DNA from: Armatimonadota bacterium
GTDB lineage: Bacteria > Armatimonadota > SYMT01
Direction: 5' to 3'
DNA: 64,000 nt
Assembly (NCBI GenBank): GCA_046292385.1
Contig: JBKBRF010000014.1
Location: forward strand, 56,234-120,233
Position 1 is the stretch's first letter. Every line of letters starts with the position of its first letter. Shown piece by piece: positions 59,872 to 64,000 of the stretch. The notes under the pieces were generated by a model. That model was not told the origin of the DNA and ran no database searches. It was given only the letters and a program-made list of their open reading frames with translations. The position numbers were made by a program, and so were the translations under genes.

Positions 59872-61140
59872 ATGAAATACCAATCGCCGACCGGCATGCA
59901 CGACATCCTTCCGGAGCAGGCGCCGAAGTGGCGCTTCCTGGAGGGGACCTTCCGCCGCACCTGCGCCGACTTCGGCTACGAAGAGATCCGGACGCCGATG
60001 ATGGAGCAGCCGGAGCTGTTCGTGCGCGCGGTGGGGGAGCATACGGACATCGTCTCGAAGGAGATGTATACCGTCACGGCAGGCGGCAAGGGCGACGGGG
60101 AGCGGGAGACGTTCACCCTCCGGCCGGAGGGGACCGCGCCCGCCCTGCGCGCGTACATCCAGCACAGCCTGGGCGCGAAGTCGCCGCTGACGAAGCTCTA
60201 CTACATCGCGCCGAACTTTCGCCACGAGCGCCCGCAGGCGGGCCGGCTGCGGCAGCACCATCAGACCGGTATCGAGGCGCTCGGCAGCGAGGATCCGGCG
60301 CTCGACGCGGAGGTGATCCTGCTCGGGCTCACCTACCTACACCGCGCCGGCATCCGCGGCGAGACGACGCAGATCAACTCGGTCGGCTGCCCGGAGTGCC
60401 GCCCCGCCTACCGCGACGCCCTGCGCGCCGCGCTGCGGGACCGGCTGCCGGAGCTGTGCGGCAACTGCCAGCGCCGCTACGAGACGAACCCGCTGCGGGT
60501 GCTCGACTGCAAGGTGGAGGACTGGGCGAAGCTGGAGGCGGTGGTGCCGGACATCGTCGACCACCTCTGCGAGCCGTGCGGGACTCACTTCGCGCAGGTG
60601 CAGCAGGTGCTGACGGCGCTCGGCGTGGAGTACGTCCGCAACAAGCGGCTGGTGCGCGGGCTCGACTACTACGTGCGGACCAGCTTCGAGATCACGCACG
60701 ACGGCCTGGGGGCGCAGTCGACCATCCTCGGCGGCGGCCGGTACGACCGGCTGGTCGAGGAGCTCGGCGGCTCGCCGACGCCCGGCATCGGGTTCGGCTG
60801 CGGGATCGAGCGGGTGCTGCTGGCGTGCGAGTCGCTCGGGGTGGAGTTCCCGGTGGAGCAGCAGCGGCCGGTGTTCGTCGTCACCCTGGGCGAGGCGGCG
60901 CGCCTTCCCGGTCTCAAGCTGTTGAACGACCTGCGACAGGCGGGCATCCCGGCGCAGATCGACTACCAGGGCCGCAGCATGAAGGCGCAGATGCGCGCCG
61001 CCAACCGCGCGAATGCCCGCACGGCGCTGATCCTGGGCGAGGACGAGGTGGCGAACGGGGTGGTCGGCTTCAAGGACATGGAAGCGGGCGGTCAGGAGAC
61101 GATCCGGGTGGATGAGGCGCTCACCCGCCTACGGAGTTAG
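59872..61140 (+). CDS. hisS: Histidine--tRNA ligase
   Basis: GMHDILP, KEMY, LRPEGTA, FRHERPQAGRLRQ, LVRGLDYY, GGGRYD and GIER. Confidence 0.98.
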   Translation: MKYQSPTGMHDILPEQAPKWRFLEGTFRRTCADFGYEEIRTPMMEQPELFVRAVGEHTDIVSKEMYTVTAGGKGDGERETFTLRPEGTAPALRAYIQHSLGAKSPLTKLYYIAPNFRHERPQAGRLRQHHQTGIEALGSEDPALDAEVILLGLTYLHRAGIRGETTQINSVGCPECRPAYRDALRAALRDRLPELCGNCQRRYETNPLRVLDCKVEDWAKLEAVVPDIVDHLCEPCGTHFAQVQQVLTALGVEYVRNKRLVRGLDYYVRTSFEITHDGLGAQSTILGGGRYDRLVEELGGSPTPGIGFGCGIERVLLACESLGVEFPVEQQRPVFVVTLGEAARLPGLKLLNDLRQAGIPAQIDYQGRSMKAQMRAANRANARTALILGEDEVANGVVGFKDMEAGGQETIRVDEALTRLRS

Positions 61141-61206
61141 GATCCGTGGTCGCGGGTGCCGCCGGAAGTCGCTGCTCGTGCTCGCCATCGACTCCCGCTC
61201 ACGGGG

Positions 61207-61240
61207 CCTCACCCTCGGTCCCTCTCCTGGGAGGAGAGGG
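61207..61240. repeat. CCTCACCC...CCCTCTCC-N-GGAGAGGG REP-like hairpin
   Basis: ccctctcct-ggg-aggagaggg stem preceded by cctcaccc. Confidence 0.45.
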
Positions 61241-61398
61241 AAGCTATCGGTGTGATGCTGCTGCTCCCCCCTTCCTTTTAGGGAAGGCTGATCCCCCGAA
61301 CGGGGGAGGGTAGCGGGGATCGGCCGCGCCGGAGTGCCGACCCTACGCTCTCCCGGCCGCGTTGACCCTTCCTGGCAGAGTTCGGAAGGAGAGCGGGT

Positions 61399-62328
61399 GT
61401 GCTGCCCTCGGAGCGAATGCGCGCTGCGGATATCGGCGCGCTGCTGCTGGTCAACTTCATCTGGGGCTCCACCTACGTGGCGGGGAAGGGGGTGCTCGAC
61501 ACCGCCCCGCCGCTCGTCCTCGCGTTCCTGCGCTTCTTTCTCTCCGTGCTCTGCCTCTTCTGCCTCGGCGCCTACCGCATGCCGAAGAACGAGGACGGAG
61601 AGCGCGGGTCGGTGCGGCAGGAGTTGCGGAACACGGTGCTGCTGGGGGTGGTCGGCTTCGCGCTGGCAAAGCTGCTCCACTACGAGGGGCTCGCGCGCAG
61701 CACCGCCACCGACGCCGCCTTGCTGGTTAACCTGGAGGCGATCTTCACCGCGCTCCTGGCGGCGCTCTGGCTGGGCCAGCGGCTCGGAGCGCCGCAGTGG
61801 GCCGGCGTGCTGCTCGCCTTCTCGGGCGGGCTGCTGCTCGTCTGGCCGGGCGACGGATTCCACTTCGGGCGCTCCGTCGGCAACCTGATCCTGATCGCCT
61901 CCGTCCTTGCGGAGGCGGTCGCCACCGTCCTGGGCGCGCGGGCGATGCAGCGGCTGAGCGGGCTCCAGGTGACGGCGTTCGGCAGCGTCTGGGGAATGCT
62001 CTGCCTGGCGCCGCTCGCGTGGTGGCAGTGGCGGGCGGACGGCTTCTCCACCGCGTGGCTCACCTGGGGGAACGCCGCCGCCACCCTCTACCTCGCGCTG
62101 GTCGCCACCGTCTTCGCCTACGTGCTCTGGTTTCGGGTCCTCGGCCGGGTGGAGGCGGGCCGGGCGGCCGTCTTCCTCTACGCGCAGCCGCTGGTCGGGG
62201 TGCTGCTCGCCGTCCTCCTCCGCGGGGAGTGGCCGACGCTCCTGGGGCTGGCGGGCGGTCTTCTGGTGCTGGCGGGCCTCCACCTCGCCAGCCGCGAGGC
62301 TCCGGATCCGGCCGCGGCGCCCGGTTAA
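61399..62328 (+). CDS. DMT/EamA family transporter
   Basis: IWGSTYVAGK, PLVLAFLRF, two 5-TM repeats and GE near the C-terminus. Confidence 0.92.
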   Translation: MLPSERMRAADIGALLLVNFIWGSTYVAGKGVLDTAPPLVLAFLRFFLSVLCLFCLGAYRMPKNEDGERGSVRQELRNTVLLGVVGFALAKLLHYEGLARSTATDAALLVNLEAIFTALLAALWLGQRLGAPQWAGVLLAFSGGLLLVWPGDGFHFGRSVGNLILIASVLAEAVATVLGARAMQRLSGLQVTAFGSVWGMLCLAPLAWWQWRADGFSTAWLTWGNAAATLYLALVATVFAYVLWFRVLGRVEAGRAAVFLYAQPLVGVLLAVLLRGEWPTLLGLAGGLLVLAGLHLASREAPDPAAAPG

Positions 62329-63248
62329 CTCGCTTCAGCGGGCGGCGCCGTGACGTGGGAGGCCAGCGCGGCGGCGCCGATCACGCCGGCGTCGTTGCCG
62401 AGGGCGGCGCGGCCGAGGGTGACCCGCTCTCCGAAGAACGGCTGGATGTACTCCCGGAAGGTCCGCTCGACTGGCCGCAGGAGCAGCTCCTCGGTGGCGT
62501 CGACTCCGCCGCCGCCGAGCAGGATGCGGTCCGGCCCGAGCAGGTGGGTCATCGTGACGAGAGCGATCCCGAGGTGGCGCCCGGCCTCACCCAGGGCCGC
62601 CAGCGCCCAGTCGGCGCCGCTCCGCGCTTCCTGCGCCACCTCGCCGACCGAGCGCACCGGCGCACCGCGGAGCGCTTCGGCGCGGCGGACGAGGCCGGGG
62701 ACCGCGGCTACCGCCTCCGCGCAGCCGCGGGCTCCGCAGGCGCAGCGGGGACCGTCCGGCGCGACGATGACGTGGCCCGGGTCGCCGAGGCCCTGCCAGG
62801 AGACGCGGTGGACGTTTCCCCGCACCACCATCCCGGCGCCGATGCCGGTGCCCACGGTCACCACCAGCACCCGCTCCGCGCCCTGGCCGGCGCCGTAGCG
62901 GTACTCGCCCATCGCCGCCGCGTTGGCGTCGTTGTCCAGCACCGTCTCGATGCCGGTGTTCTCCTCCAGCCGGCGGCGGAGCGGGAAGCCGTCGATGTGC
63001 GGGAGGTTGGTGACGTTGACCACGCCCTCGCCGTCGTCGCGCCGGCAGCCGGGGGCCGCCACGCCGAGCGCCGGGACACCCTCCTCGGGCAACAGGTCCC
63101 ACGCGGCGCGGGCGAGGCTGCGGACCAGCTCTTCGCCGGGGAGGTCGCGGTCGGTGGCGACTCGCCCCCGCCGCAGCACTTCGCCGTCGTCACTCACCAG
63201 CGCGAGCTTGGCGCTGGTACCTCCGATATCGATCCCGATGCGAGACAT
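62325..63248 (-). CDS. ROK family protein (sugar kinase-like)
   Basis: IGIDIGGT, DNDANAAAMGE, TVGTGIG, GH...CACGARGCAE and NDAGVIGAA. Confidence 0.92.
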   Translation of the reverse strand: MSRIGIDIGGTSAKLALVSDDGEVLRRGRVATDRDLPGEELVRSLARAAWDLLPEEGVPALGVAAPGCRRDDGEGVVNVTNLPHIDGFPLRRRLEENTGIETVLDNDANAAAMGEYRYGAGQGAERVLVVTVGTGIGAGMVVRGNVHRVSWQGLGDPGHVIVAPDGPRCACGARGCAEAVAAVPGLVRRAEALRGAPVRSVGEVAQEARSGADWALAALGEAGRHLGIALVTMTHLLGPDRILLGGGGVDATEELLLRPVERTFREYIQPFFGERVTLGRAALGNDAGVIGAAALASHVTAPPAEAS

Positions 63249-63324
63249 GCCGCGGCTCCTGATCCCGCGAAAACGGCCCCGGCAGTCGCCGGGGCCGCAG
63301 TGAGGCAAGCGGTGACGGGAGTGG

Positions 63325-64000
63325 CTACTCCACCACGGTGAGGGTGAGCGCCGGCGCCACCTGCACGTTGTTACTCAGGTTGCCGCTGATGATCAGGTTG
63401 ACCGTCCCCAGCGGGGCGTCGCCGGCCGCCGTGATCTTCAGCACCGCTTCGTTCTGATCCTGCGGAATCGGCTGCGCCTCCGGCGTCACCTTGCCGGGCT
63501 GACCGGCCACGGTGACGGCGATCTGCGCGTTCTGGCCCATCTGGCGCGTGGAGCGGATCTTCACCTCCACGCTCTGGCCGCGCTTCAGCGTCACCGCCGC
63601 GTTCTCCAGCGCCAGCGCGTACGGCTGGGGATTCATCACCGTCGCCACGCTGAACTCCGTGGTGCGGCGCCGCGCCTGCTCCGGCGCGGCGAGCGGCGGG
63701 ACGTAGGTCTCAAACGGCTGGGCGACCCGCTCCACCTGCGCCTCGCCGAGGGTGCCGGTCCCGATCACCTTCACGTGCTGCATCGCGCCCATGGCGGCGT
63801 CGGCCGCGGCGCTGACGGTGAACTGCGCGCTGTTGGCGCCGGCGGGAATGAACGCCTGGCTCGCGGTGACGCCCGCGGGGAGGCCTTCGACCTTCAGGGG
63901 GATCGCGGCGTTGAAGCCGTTGATCCGCTCGACGTTCACGGTGATCAGGGCGGAGCCGCCCTGGGGCACGTTGATGCTGTCCGGCGAGAGCGAGAGGCGG
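63325..64000 (-). CDS. C-terminal part of a large Ig-like/PPC-repeat exported protein (5'-partial)
   Basis: Frame is open to the window end; repeated beta-sandwich motifs GFNAAIPLKVEGLPAGVTA and I.(A/G)A.DAPLG. Confidence 0.7.
   Translation of the reverse strand, partial: RLSLSPDSINVPQGGSALITVNVERINGFNAAIPLKVEGLPAGVTASQAFIPAGANSAQFTVSAAADAAMGAMQHVKVIGTGTLGEAQVERVAQPFETYVPPLAAPEQARRRTTEFSVATVMNPQPYALALENAAVTLKRGQSVEVKIRSTRQMGQNAQIAVTVAGQPGKVTPEAQPIPQDQNEAVLKITAAGDAPLGTVNLIISGNLSNNVQVAPALTLTVVE

Overview
High-GC bacterial chromosomal window; the gene content suggests Armatimonadota or a similar diderm lineage (inference only). It is mostly housekeeping and envelope genes: glmS, ppc, eno, hisS, rsmE, tpx, a sigH-like sigma factor, a pilT-like ATPase, PBP1A, an L,D-transpeptidase, sugar ABC components, DUF1800/DUF1501, and MFS/EamA/CPA2 transporters. 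No rRNA, tRNA or canonical CRISPR array was recognised. Four accessory signals stand out. (1) A visibly lower-GC four-gene island (8.4-13.9 kb) encodes an amino-type DNA methyltransferase, a PRTase-fold protein, a large P-loop ATPase and a Rossmann/CARF-like protein. It has no nuclease or integrase and is bracketed by a 195-bp duplication of the 3' end of an SDR gene; it is a candidate defence system. (2) Three exported thioredoxin-fold proteins are each split by the ORF track at an in-frame TGA that falls in the redox motif (two tandem LolA-like/TlpA UxxC genes and one CxxU gene). They are probably selenoproteins, and the tandem pair carry SECIS-like hairpins with a compensatory base-pair change. 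(3) A three-gene cassette (34.3-39.3 kb) lies between 36-bp inverted repeats and includes tandem paralogues with near-identical N-termini. (4) There are many intergenic repeats, including a 1-kb composite inverted element with 57-bp tandem tails (48.05-49.06 kb) whose core recurs at 2.3 kb. Start codons were chosen by eye, and family names come from motif recognition, not database searches.
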